NCBI RefSeq assembly: GCF_964213995.1
Contig: NC_135810.1
Span: 87,110,001-87,174,000 of the forward strand
Direction: 5' to 3'
Length of the DNA stretch: 64,000 bases
Origin: Mustelus asterias
Taxonomy: Eukaryota
Part shown: one piece after another, positions 48,013 to 59,573 of the stretch
Position numbering within the stretch: the first letter of the stretch is position 1
Layout: each line of letters begins with the position of its first letter
Notes under the pieces: generated by a model
Told to the model about the DNA's origin: nothing
Databases searched by the model: none
The model's input: the letters and a program-made list of their open reading frames with translations, nothing else
Program-made: the position numbers and the translations under genes

Positions 48013-49746
48013 TATGTGTCAAACATACCGAAGACATATCAATCGAGCAAATCACATCGCTAAGACTTTAAATTCAGTCAAATTATATAAATGTGCAAAA
48101 AGGTGCTACCGAAATTGACCTATAATTATAAAGACTTGAATGGGAGTCATCAAAAAGCAATCACTAATATGCGCATGCCTCAATAGTACTAAACTAGACT
48201 GTTTTTATTGGCAAATCATGAAGCATTTGATTTTTAATTGAACACTTAAATAATCAAAGGAGTTCATATTGCAAATAAAATTGAAATGTGCAAGAGTTGA
48301 CCCGAAGGAGAACAGTAAATGTGATCAGGGTTATGCCCCGCTGCAAGGAAGTTAATCAGAGGTGGTTAGATAACTAAATAATCCTTTGGGCTGCAAATGC
48401 CCCCTTGACCTACCCCATGCTCCTTCACACTAAGTTGTGTCAGCTCGCAGCCCCTTTACTGGGTCAAACATAAACAGCCCATCTACACAGCTTTTGACAT
48501 TGAACAGTGGTTCTAATCTCTATTTATCTGTGGCAGACTAAATGGTAAATGAAGACAAGTTTAGTTTGACAATTTTGTTAAAAGTCTGAAGTTTAGCGGA
48601 TGGAATGTAACTCGTACATTCTCGAAATTGTATTCAGAACAGAGACAGTTTTAACAGAATTTGTGACCTTAACGTGACATTTAAGTAACTGAAATTGAAA
48701 TGTTTTTAGTATTAACACTCATTCTAATTTGAGTGCAATAAATTTGGGTCCCCAAAATGCCTATGGAAAAATAAGTCCAAATTTATCTTGGAAGAAATCG
48801 GAAACAAAGTCAATTATATTGAAAAGATCTTCCCAAATGTGAAAAAATGAATTGTTTGTAGCTTTGTTTGCAACCTTTGTGAGAGAACTTTCCTTTGAAT
48901 TATCTTGCTGATAAAATGCTTCAAAATTTATCACTAAATTGATTCTCAGCTGAATCTAAAACGCTGAGTTTGTTTCATTAAATTGATATATGTTCTTAAC
49001 AATCATAGTAATGTGTTTCATGTAGGAGTTACAATACAGAAACTTGCCATTCACCCCAACAAGTCCATTTCAGTATTTACCCTCTGTTAAGGACATGGGT
49101 GATGGTAAATGCCGAGTTATTCAAATTCCAGGGGGAAAACTTGAAACAATTATCCTTAAATGTGTTTGCAATCTGTATAGTCCGAGGAGAGGTCTGAAAT
49201 CCAGAAAATTGTGTCCCCGGCTCTTAGTGATGATGTTAATAAATTAAATATTTATTAAGAAATAGGAGAAAAAAATAACTAAATAAGCAGAAGTACACTT
49301 AGCTAAGACAATGACTTTACACAGTATGACTACTTTAAACAGGTCCAAACAATCTCTATTTACTACCTTCAGAGCTAACTCTCTGTTCCACAACACCTTA
49401 TAGGTTTTGAGATCTATAAATATCCAGTAGCTTTTACCACACCATGCTTTTCCGTCTCTTGGGGTGTTGCTGAGGTAAACCAGCAGTACATTTATCAAAC
49501 CTGGCTTCCTTCACACGGTGCTTGTTTGTCCTGTTGTTGACTGAGATCTAAAAGGAACAGGTCCCCTGCATTGGTTTCAGTATCCCCTTAAATATGTTTT
49601 TCCCTTTCATTGTTCCTTTATTTGACCTAATGCCTTTAGAACTGCACTCTTCCAGGTCTAAGTACCTTCCCCTCTTTATTTTAGCTTTTAATGTGAAAAA
49701 GAAAAATGAATTCCCTTCACCCACCTTCCCTATGATATCTTTCCTT

Positions 49747-50221
49747 CACACAAAAAATTCTAAGCGTCGGAATTTGTGTAAAAACTAGAGTAAATCCCGC
49801 TGTTTTTTTCAGCGGGAGTTTCAAAATGAATCTCCCACACTCTGTGCACTGCAGAGTGCACTCGCGTGAATCTCATTCAAAATCAGTGGGCGGGACCTAT
49901 TCCCGCTGGAAAGTCCGGCACAATAACACTGAGCGAGACATTGTGCATGCGTCGATCTGTCAGCGCCGAGATCAGCGCATGCGCAGTAGCCCGCACTGCC
50001 AGTCTCCCAATCACCGGCCAGCTCGATCACTGGCCAGCCCCGTAAACCCTGTATCGCCAGCCTTCCGGCTCCTCCACGGCCTGATCGCCGGCCCCCCGAA
50101 CATGTCCAGCCAGCCTCAACACCCACTGCCCCCCAAAACCCGGTCCGGCGAGATCTCCACCCCTGCCCCCAACAGCCCCAATCTCCCGATTCCCCTCCCA
50201 CCACCATCGGCAGCCTCGAGC

Positions 50222-50253
<32 letters not shown>

Positions 50254-50872
50254 ACCCCACAGCCCTGACCCCCACAGCAGGCTGGCCAGCCCCGATCGCT
50301 GGCCTCCCTCCCTCTGTCACTCAGCCCAATTGCAGAGTGGCAGCAGGACCTCTTAGCCCCACCGATTGCCCCCCAGAGGTGCTGCCCCCATCAGGCCGTG
50401 CCCCCATTAGGCCCTGCCCCCATGGCACTGCCTGATGACTGTTGGGCAGTGCAAAGATGCCCCCTGGCATTGACACTCTGTCCCTTGAGCAGTGCCAGGT
50501 GACCCAAGCTGGCACTGCCAATGTAGTAATGCCCAGAGGGCACCCCTCTTGGCCGCCAGCTCCCCGCAAGTGGGGAGCTACACTAAGCCCCGCTGGAGTG
50601 AACCACTCCTGGTGGGAGGGAAGACATTTGTGGACCTGGAGATTTCAGTCCTGGGCCCACGAATGATATTTAAATGGTATGGAAATGATAATTTGAATAA
50701 ATTATACAGCTCCGTGCTGATTTCTGGCGCGGAGCTAACGCCACCAGAATCCGGCTGCCGGAAACTTACGGAGGCCGTGGCACCCAACGGGGAACCTGCA
50801 AAATGGCCTCTGTTTGATTCTCCTGACCCGCTGCATTACTAAAGCAGTGCAGCAGGATCGGAGAATCACCCC
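49747..50872 (+). mobile_element. GC-rich Harbinger-type MITE of about 1.1 kb
   Basis: Collinear with 53042-54153 and 247-2006; right end ggagaatcacccc; left TIR eroded. Confidence 0.75.
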
Positions 50873-51179
50873 GCCCCCCCCTTACCCCCTCGCATCTCTT
50901 CCTTTGAATCTTCAACGACCTTTCCTGATCTATTCATGTTCTGCACCCACTTTTATATTGCAACTGTTTGCAGTGTTGCTCGGCTCATTAACATATCCTA
51001 TGCACAGTTACATTCACACTCTGTTCCTGCCTTTATTATCTCACTCACATATACCCACAGTTTAACCAGATCATAACCAACAGAAAATATTCCAATTTCC
51101 TGGATTTCCCTGATATGTTTTCATGACACCTCCAAAGCAGCAAATAATTCCAATCACATTTACCCATCCTGTTCCCATT

Positions 51180-51440
51180 TTCCTTCAGCACACTTTCCTT
51201 TATCCAATCTAACCGTAAATCCTGGTATCATTCCTGCTTGAACCAGTGACCCGGGCCGTAAATCTCACTGTTTCATAACTCTGTGTAAAGATCTTTTTGC
51301 TCCCCTCTGTTCCAAATCTTTTCTATTTACTCGTGTATCTACGGGCCTTTATATTTGAACCTCCAACTATTGGAAACATTCAGCTGATAGCAAGCCCGTT
51401 CCGTAATTTCATAATTTTAAATGTGAATTACATTGCCCCG
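51180..51440 (-). mobile_element. Very old CR1-like 3' remnant
   Basis: ataactctgtgtaaaga..tggaaaca..ttcataattttaaa..cccc pattern typical of antisense CR1 ends; highly diverged. Confidence 0.35.
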
Positions 51441-52039
51441 TAATCTGAAAAGAAAGTATATTGTGATTATGTATAATGCTCATTATAATTAAAGGCCACC
51501 TACCACAAGGCATAACATTGGGAACCATTCTAGATTAATTTCTTTAGGCCGGCGATGATGGCATGCCAATTTTCTTGTCGTTAATGGAGGCATTAATCTG
51601 CTTATGATGAATGGTTTAACACCTCCAATAAAATGGCAAAGAAAACAATGTCACATAAATGCATTAAATGCTCAAACATAATCAGTGACAATGTTTCTAG
51701 CCTAATATGTGAGGAATGTATTTATCTGAAATGTTGCCTTCTTATTCTTGTTACAAACAGCCTTGGATCAATATTGATCGATATCTTTTGAGATCTATTG
51801 ATCAAAATAAGAGAATAACTCACCAGAAAGTGTTTAAATGTTGAGTACTAGGGTAAGAAAACCTGAAAATGAGCAACTGTAGCAGACATTTTCCATTCTC
51901 ACAATCCATTGCAAGTGTGGGATCGATCTGGAAAATCAGGGTTAAGTATTAATCTCCCAAAATATACGATGAGTTCACTGTCCATTACTTTTTAACTGAC
52001 TAGCACCGGGAATCATCAGAATTGATGAGAATGATCGGG

Positions 52040-54292
52040 ATCACAGAATTGCTACAGTGCAGAATGAGGCTATTCAGCCCATCGTGCTGCACCGGTTCTC
52101 TGAATGAGAAACTCACCTGGTACTATTCTCCACCTTCTCCCCACAACCCTGCCCATTCTTCCATATCACAAACAGTCTAATTCCCTTTTGATTACCAGAA
52201 TTGAATCTGCCTCCACCTCAGTCCTCAGGCAGTGCATTCCAAACCCTAATCACCTGCTGTATAAAAAAGCTTTTCCTCACATCACTTCTGCTTCTCTTAC
52301 TAATTACTGATTACTTTAAAGCTCTCTCCTCTCATTCTTGATCATTTCACACGTGGGAAGTTTCTCCTTCCTACTCTGTCCAGACCCCTCATGGTTTTGT
52401 ATATCTCCATCAAATTTTCTCTCAACCTTATTTTCTCAAAGGAAAACTATCCTAATTCTCCAATCTATCTTTTCAGCACCTTATCTAATGCCTCCACAGC
52501 CTTCCGAAAGTGTAGCATCGAGAACTGGATGAAATACTCCAGCTCAGGTCAGATTAAATCCTATTAATAAAGTGCAGAAGACTACCTGCTTTATTAATCA
52601 CTCTTGCAACATGTCCTGCTACCTTTAATGATTTATGCACATATATACCCAAATTCCTCTGCTCCAGCACCCCCTTTAGAGTTGTGCCCTTTATATTATA
52701 TTGTCTTTCCACATTCTTCCGAACACAATTATTTACTTCACATTTCTCTGCATTTAACTTAATCTGCCACCTATTTGCCCGGTCCACCTCTATGTCCCTT
52801 AGATATTCCACATAATCCTCTTCACAGTTCACAATGCTTCCAAGTTTTGTATCATTCACAAACTTTGAAATTGTGCCCTGTACATCAGGGTCATTAGGTC
52901 ACTAATATACATATAACGAAAAGCAAGGGTCCCAACACTGACACGTGGGGAACTCGACTACAAGCATTCCCCCACCATGAAAAAACATCTATTAACCTTT
53001 ACTGTTTCCTGTCACTCAGCCAATTCTTATATTGTTACTATGGGTGCAATTCTCCCAAAAGTGCTGAATTGGACGGGAAATTGTTCTCGATCACGACTGT
53101 TTTTTCAGTGTAGCTTCACACTCGAATTTCCCCACTCTGTGGACTGCAAAGGTCCCAGTCGGGAATCTCATTAAAACCCGGGGGATGGGGCCTATTCACA
53201 CCGGGGTCTGACACTTCTGGAACTCTGCGCATGCGCAGTGGCCCAGATCTGTCAATCTCCCTGTTTGCTGACCAGCTCGATCGCTCACCAGCCCGGGACC
53301 TCCAAAGTGCTGCCACTCCAGCCACCCCCCCCCCCCCCCCCCCGTCCTTCCCCCGTGACCCGATTGCGATCCCCACAACAATTCCGGACCGTCCCCGCCC
53401 CGGAACGCCCCAATGTCCAGCCCACCCCACCCCACCCCCAGCAGAGATGATCCCCCCACCCCCCTCACCCTGGCTGCCCCCCCCCCCCCCACCCCGCTGA
53501 CCCCCCCCCCAACCGGGGTCAGACCCCCCCCGGGAGGCAGACTCTCCCCGGCAGACCACCACCCCCCACAGCCCAGACCGATCGCAGCAGAGCCTCCCAC
53601 CACCCCCGATCACCCCTAGGCCCCACCCACAATAGGCCCCACCCCCTTGGCACTGCCCAATGCCCAGTGGGCAGTGACAAGGAGCCCCCTGGGCATGGGC
53701 ACTTTGCCCCTTGGGCAGTGCCAGGGACACAGGCTGGCACTATCAGGGTGCCCATGCCCATGCAGCACCACTCCCCTGCTGCCCGACCGCCTGGGGGGCC
53801 CTGATTGCTCCCTTCATTTCGACGGGTCTCCTACCATTTCCCCGAATGTGGGGAGCTACTCTAAACCCCGCTGGAATGAAGTACTCCTGGTGGGGTGGGA
53901 GATTCTATCAGGACCGGCAAGTTCCCGATAATGACATGCAAAACATATTTAAAACACATTAAAAAAAGATTCAAATCACTTACCTCTCTTCCTGCCAGTT
54001 TCCAGCGTGGTCTGGACTGCGACTGTTCTCTGGCTCTGGGAAATGCGCATGCATTCCTGGCGCTTGCACATACCCTGGAAAAAGGCCGGCGACGCGATTC
54101 TCCGCACTGGACCCACCAGAAAAGTTGCGGGTCGCAATGGGAGAATCGGGCCCTATGTTTCTTTCATTCCACGAGCTATAACTATGTTCAGAAGTCTGTC
54201 GTGCGACACTATATGCTGTAGATGAAGTTCATGTGTCCTTTTGAACTTCCATGTACACCATATCAACAGCTTTGCCCTGGTCACCTTCTCTG
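52040..54292 (-). mobile_element. Old CR1 LINE (part of RT to 3' end) interrupted by a MITE
   Basis: VPHVSVLGPLLF (GVPQGSVLGP), DTKLG..WQIKLNAEKCEV; 3' UTR tail at 52040. Confidence 0.85.
53042..54153 (+). mobile_element. Complete 1112-bp GC-rich Harbinger-type MITE
   Basis: TIRs gggtgcaattctccca / tgggagaatcgggccc; perfect TAT TSD; CR1 host resumes on both sides. Confidence 0.88.
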
Positions 54293-54911
54293 CTTTGTAA
54301 GGGCTAAGGCCTCACCCTGTATATTGTATATAAAATATATAGAGCTTATACGCATTGCAATTTAGAAACAAATTAAATAGGGGACAATAACCCTTAAAAT
54401 GACTGAATATATGTCTGTCTATGACTGCCGAACAAAAGAAGCTACTGGGCAGTATTTGGGAAACTCCCACATCGTTATCACTGAGGAGTCACTAATGACC
54501 CCCTGTGGGCTCTGGAGGCCAAAATTCAAAGAGAACAATACAAAGGCCATCAACATTTCATAACCCAGGCTGGCCAACAGGAATGTATTTGTCCGCTAAC
54601 ACAAAGGGCTCCACAACCTTCCTTTCAGTTCTAATGATTGTGACATTTAACAATCTCAGGGACCCAGAGAAGGGATGCGCATCCCTTGTCAAAGTTAGTG
54701 TGGAGAGGTGGGAGTCATGTGACATGGGCCTCTGGATTATGGGACCAGTAATATTGCCTTGCTGAACTGAAAACTCAGTCTGCTGTTAACCATCTGATCT
54801 CACAAAAAAGGAGCTCTGGCCCTATGGCCCTGGCTTCATCTACACCCTGCTTCTGCTGAAGGTTCTGTACATTTGCCTACAAGACTGATTCATCTCTGTG
54901 TGCCTGTCTCA

Positions 54912-54978
54912 TTGATTTGATTTTGATTTGATTTATTATTGTCACATGTATTAACGTACAGTGAAAAGTATAGTTTCT
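54912..54978 (-). mobile_element. Rex1/Babar extreme 3' tail
   Basis: (gattt)n-attattgtcacatgtattaacgtacagtgaaaagta matches the reverse complement of 59520-59573. Confidence 0.8.
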
Positions 54979-55011
54979 TCATTGTGTGAAGTATGGAAAA
55001 TATTAGTGTTG

Positions 55012-56192
55012 TTTATTCTTTCATGCAATGTGGGAATCCATGGCAAGGCCAGCGTTTGTTGTCTATCCCTGTGTTGGAGCTTTTCAGAGACCTAAGTATT
55101 ATGCTGGCTTTTATGCAGGAGATTTCTCTTTGTTAAAAACAGCTCAGCAAATACAAAGAACTCCCAACGACAGTAATTCTGGTTGAAGACGTGCTTTATT
55201 TGCCCAGGCCTGGTCCACATGTGCGGGAGAATTGTTATGGGGCAGCCCAAGCAATTCTAAATTACACGGGAATCAACATTGCAGTTATACATTTTCCAGA
55301 AATCATTTGCCCGCCTACTTTGTTCATCCTAACCGGGTAAGCCAATCATTTTAGTATGAGTCATTTACCTTGGCCGATGACATTCCACCTTCAGGCAACA
55401 TGAGAATACATAGGTCCGTAAAGTCCAGACATTCTTGCTCATCGTCTCCTCGCAGCTTAAATACATAAATCCATAGAATTCAAAAGTTTCCTTTCTCATT
55501 GTCTTACGATGTGTACTAGACAATTCTTATCTGGTGTACTGTAAGACCTATTCATTCGCTTGTCTGAGAACTCCAGGACTACCTAGAGTCCATATTGATA
55601 AAGACTGTGCTCTGTAGCTGTATTATTCTTAAAGAATGTGGTTCATTTTACTCAGCTTTATCCCATTATTCTTGGGGCAGTCTGTAGTTGGCCAAGGTGT
55701 ACATTTCAGTATGGGATATTCAAAAATACATGTGTAAATTCTCTCACAATGTGTTTCTACACAAGCAGTGCCTTTGTAACTTCAGGTACCTGCCCCTTTA
55801 CTATACCATATTAACTCTAAATTAGTTTATCATAATCTATTAGTCTTTTAATCCCAGGTTATCCTAAATTCCCCTAACACCCTGATTGCCCTCTTACTGA
55901 ATTGTTTGTTAAGCCATTTCAGAGGGCAACCTCATTGCTGTGGATTCACACATAGGCTGGACCAGGTAAGGAAGATAGATTGTCTTCCCCAAAGGGCATT
56001 CATGGACCAAATGGGTTTTAACACAATCAGTAATGGTTTCATGCTCACCATTACTGAAACCAGGTTTTAATTCCAGATTTATTAGTTGAATTTCCACGAG
56101 CTGCCATGGTGAGATTTGAACCCATGTTCCTCAAGCATTAACCTGGGTCGCTGGATTACTAGTCCAGTGATGTTACCACTACACCACCACCT
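55012..56192 (-). mobile_element. Second tRNA-SINE family, older copy split by a solo LTR
   Basis: Tail 55012-55071 and body/head 55880-56192 rejoin as ..atccctgattgccct.. Confidence 0.78.
55072..55879 (-). mobile_element. 808-bp solo LTR
   Basis: TGTT...AACA termini; perfect 5-bp TSD CCCTG; minus-strand AATAAA at 55195-55200. Confidence 0.85.
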
Positions 56193-56574
56193 TCCCTTAG
56201 TTATACAGCATCGATTTTCAGCAAACAGACCTCTGTGAAGGAATACCTCATTGAGCTTTAATTTTGGACTCTGGAACCAATATTTATTTTCTCTAATACT
56301 CATCTTTATTTATTACTCGTTGCTTAGTTACTCAGCAAGTTTTCCTTTTCATATCTGTTTTTCTTGAAATTCATGTTTATTTTAGTGCCAAACTTTAACT
56401 TTCCAAACTTTGCTCATTGGCCACTTGAGTGAGAATAACTTTGAAATGTGCCCCCCACAGAAAGGGTGGACAAGCCTACTCTAGGAACTCATGCACGTCT
56501 CTGCCTTTTACACTAATGCAATCCAGTCTGTACTTGGATAATTAAAGTCTCTCATTTGAACCACCCTGAGGAAG

Positions 56575-57098
56575 AATGTTCACTCTCGAGGGAGTGCAGC
56601 GAAGGTTTGCCAGGCTGATTTCGGGGATGGCAAGACTGATGTATGAGGAGATATTGACTAGATTAGGATTGTTTTTGCTGGAGTTCAGACAAATGAGGGG
56701 AGATCTCATAGAGACTTATAAAATTCTAACAGGACTAGACAGGGTGGATGTAGGGAGGATATTCCCGATGATGGGGGAGTCCAGAACCAGAGGTCACAGT
56801 CTGAGGATTCGGGGAGACCATTTAGGACGGAGGTGAGGAGACATTTCTTCACCCAAAGAGTGGTGAGCCTGTGGAATTCATTACCACAGGAAGTAGTTGA
56901 TGCCAAAACATTGAATGTATTCAAGAGGCGGCTGGATGTAGCACTTGGGGCGAATGGAATCAAAAGTTATAGGGAGAAAGCAGGATTAGGCTATTGAGTT
57001 GGCTGATCAACCATGATCGTAATGAATGACGGAGCAGGCTCGAAGGGCCAAATGGCCTCCTCCTGCTCCTATCTTGTATATTTCTATGTTTCTATGTT
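56575..57098 (+). mobile_element. CR1 LINE 3' end
   Basis: [32 protein letters not shown]; (tttctatg)n tail. Confidence 0.93.
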
Positions 57099-57100
57099 TA

Positions 57101-57192
57101 ATGTGCAGACTCTGCACAGCGACCCAAGGCTGGAATTGAACCCAGGTCCCTGGCGCTGTGAGGCAGCAATACTGTGCCACTGTGCCTCCCAC
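57101..57192 (-). mobile_element. HE1 SINE head fragment
   Basis: ggaattgaacccaggtccctggcgctgtgaggcagc. Confidence 0.8.
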
Positions 57193-57700
57193 TTGTCTTG
57201 TAACTGGCTGAGGTAAAACTTGCAGGAGATGCAATATGCAATTTAAGATTTACCAAGTTGTATGAGGACTTGCCATGATTGAGTAATAAGTATGTGCAAG
57301 TTGACAGGCAACACTGAGATCTGGACTCTTAGGCCACATACAGGATATGTGGTAGAGTTGCATAGATTCCTTCCTTGGCCAGACTCCTTCAGCAAGCCAC
57401 CTTAAGCATCTGTTCCGCAGTACTATATACATGGCATTGAGGCAAGTCACAAACCCCTGCCAGAGATAGTACACTGTCCATAAGGAGGAATGTTCTCAAG
57501 TGCCAAATATGGCAACATTCCCCACGTTCACACATATCAGTTCATGTCCATTTTGCCAATTATCAAACAGCGGGTTGACTGTTGTACTATTCCAAGCCGA
57601 ATCTGTTCTTGTGCCTTCATATTAGATTTCCTTCTAGTTTCTCTATGCTGGCCACTTCTCCCGCACTCCAGTTCCACATTCCAACATTGATCAAGGCTTG

Positions 57701-57935
57701 TTTTTAATTTGTATGGCAGTATAAACAGCAATAGTTTGATGTTGAGGTTAACAGTCCATTGAATGGCTTCTGCTGATGTAGTGTGAATGGTTGCGATGCC
57801 ACCAGGAATGGATCTCTCAGGGCAGAAGTTCAGTATGTGGGTGATCACCTGACTTGAATGGCCACAGTTATAATTTGAGCCGTTCCTCATGTTCCACTTG
57901 TGGAGAAAGCCACAGCAACTTCCTTTGCCCATTGG
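57701..57935 (-). mobile_element. Vingi/Ingi-clade LINE 3' end
   Basis: GSCCGFLHKWNM..NCGHSSQVITHILNFCPERSIPGG..IH..AEAIQW..NL, a CCHC-type C-terminus, followed by ccatac-A-rich end. Confidence 0.7.
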
Positions 57936-58221
57936 ATCAATACTGATAACAAAAATACATTTTGTTGCTTGGATTGAAATTATCATTTGTCCCCATGCGC
58001 AGGTACTTATCTTTTAGACAGCTTGCACTTCCAGATCAGATATTCTACGTCCCCGATTTTTTAGCTTCTTGTAAGTGGTCAAAAGTTACACAGGCTGTTC
58101 ACAATAATTATCAAAATGAACTGAGGTGGAAAATTGTGGACATGCAGTCGACTGCACTGTTGACGAGCTTTCTACATAGGCCTCTGCAGAAGTGGCGATA
58201 TCCCATGCTTTGGTCAACAAG

Positions 58222-58364
58222 ACGTGGAGATGCCAGCATTGGACTGGGGTAAACACAGTAAGAAGTTTAACAACACCAGGTTAAAGTCCAACAGGTTTAT
58301 TTGGTAGCAAAAGCCACTAGCTTTCAGAACAGGCTGTCCCTTCGTCAGTGGGTGGGAGTTCTTG
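58222..58364 (-). mobile_element. Penelope family A single-arm insertion with hammerhead-like core
   Basis: Minus strand CUGACGA-A-GGGACA-gcc-UGUUCU-GAAA-GC-UA; perfect 12-bp TSD ttggtcaacaag (58210-58221, 58365-58376). Confidence 0.85.
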
Positions 58365-58389
58365 TTGGTCAACAAGCACAGCCCTTAAC

Positions 58390-58755
58390 TTTTTTTTCAT
58401 TCACTCGTGGGACATGGGCATCGCTGGCTGGCCAGCATTTATTGCCCATCCCTAGTTGTCCTTGGAGGGCAATTGAGAGTCAACCACATTGCTGTAGCTC
58501 TGGAATCACATGTCGGCCAGACCATGTAAGGATGCCAGATTTCCTTCTCTCAAGGATATGAATGAACCAGATGGGTTTTGTCGACAATCGATAATGATTT
58601 CATGGTCATCAGTAGATTCATAATTCCAGATTTTGTTTCATTGAATTCAAATTCCACCATTTGCTGTGGTGGGATTCGAACCCGGGTCCCCAGAACATTA
58701 GCTGAGTTTCTGGATTAATAGTCTACCGATAATACCACTAGGTAATCACCTCCCA
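58390..58755 (-). mobile_element. Second tRNA-derived SINE family, full length
   Basis: Collinear with 37090-37440; B-box GGTTCGAATCC. Confidence 0.9.
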
Positions 58756-58959
58756 TAAAACCTCCAACCGATAAAATAAGTCATTTGTGTCAGATGTACA
58801 TCAGCATTACCAATGCTGAGCATTGCCCTTATCAACCTCATAATAAAAGTTGCTTGATTGTGCACATCACCTAAGTTCCATTTCATTATTCTTTCCTCAA
58901 GGTCTTTTTCTCAAGTTAATGTATCTTGGTTCATTCACTGCTAGGGTTGTAGGAAGATG

Positions 58960-59573
58960 ATAGTCTCCAACAACCTATCCTGGTCCCCCCATGCCGACAC
59001 CATAATTAAGAAAGCCCACTAGCGCCTCCACTTTCTCAGAAGACTAAGGAAATTTGGCATGTCAGCTACGACTCTCACCAACTTTTACAGATGCACCATA
59101 GAAAGCATTCTTTCTGGTTGTATCACAGCTTGGTATGGCTCCTGCTCTGTCCAAGACCGCAAGAACTACAAAGAGTCGTGAATGTAGCCCAATCCATCAT
59201 GCAAACCAGCCTCCCATCCATTGACTCTGTCTACACTTCCCACTGCCTCGGCAAAGCAGCCAGCATAATTAACGACCCCATGTACCCAGACATTCGCTCT
59301 TCCATCTTCTTCCATCGGGAAAAAGATATAAAAGCCCGAGGTCACATACCAACCGACTCAAGAACAGCTTCTTCCCTGCTGCTGTCAGACTTTTGAATGG
59401 ACTTACCTTGCACTAATTTGATCTTTCTCTACACCCTAGCTATGACTGTAACACTACATTATGCACTCTCTCATTTCCTTCTCTATGAATGGTATGTTTT
59501 GTCTGTATAGCGTGCAAGAAACAATACTTTTCACTGTATGTTAATACATGTGACAAAAATAAATCAAATCAAA
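58960..59573 (+). mobile_element. Rex1/Babar LINE 3' end
   Basis: NNLSWSPH..KKAH*RLHFLRRLRKFGMS..LTNFYRCTIESILSGCITAWYG is the Rex1/Babar RT C-terminus; (aaatc)n tail. Confidence 0.92.

Noticed and set aside
50224-50253. Long C/G homopolymers as functional G-quadruplex elements (also 29166-29199, 45153-45175, 53324-53343)
   Set aside because: Mostly inside repeats, variable between copies and prone to slippage or sequencing error; no independent support
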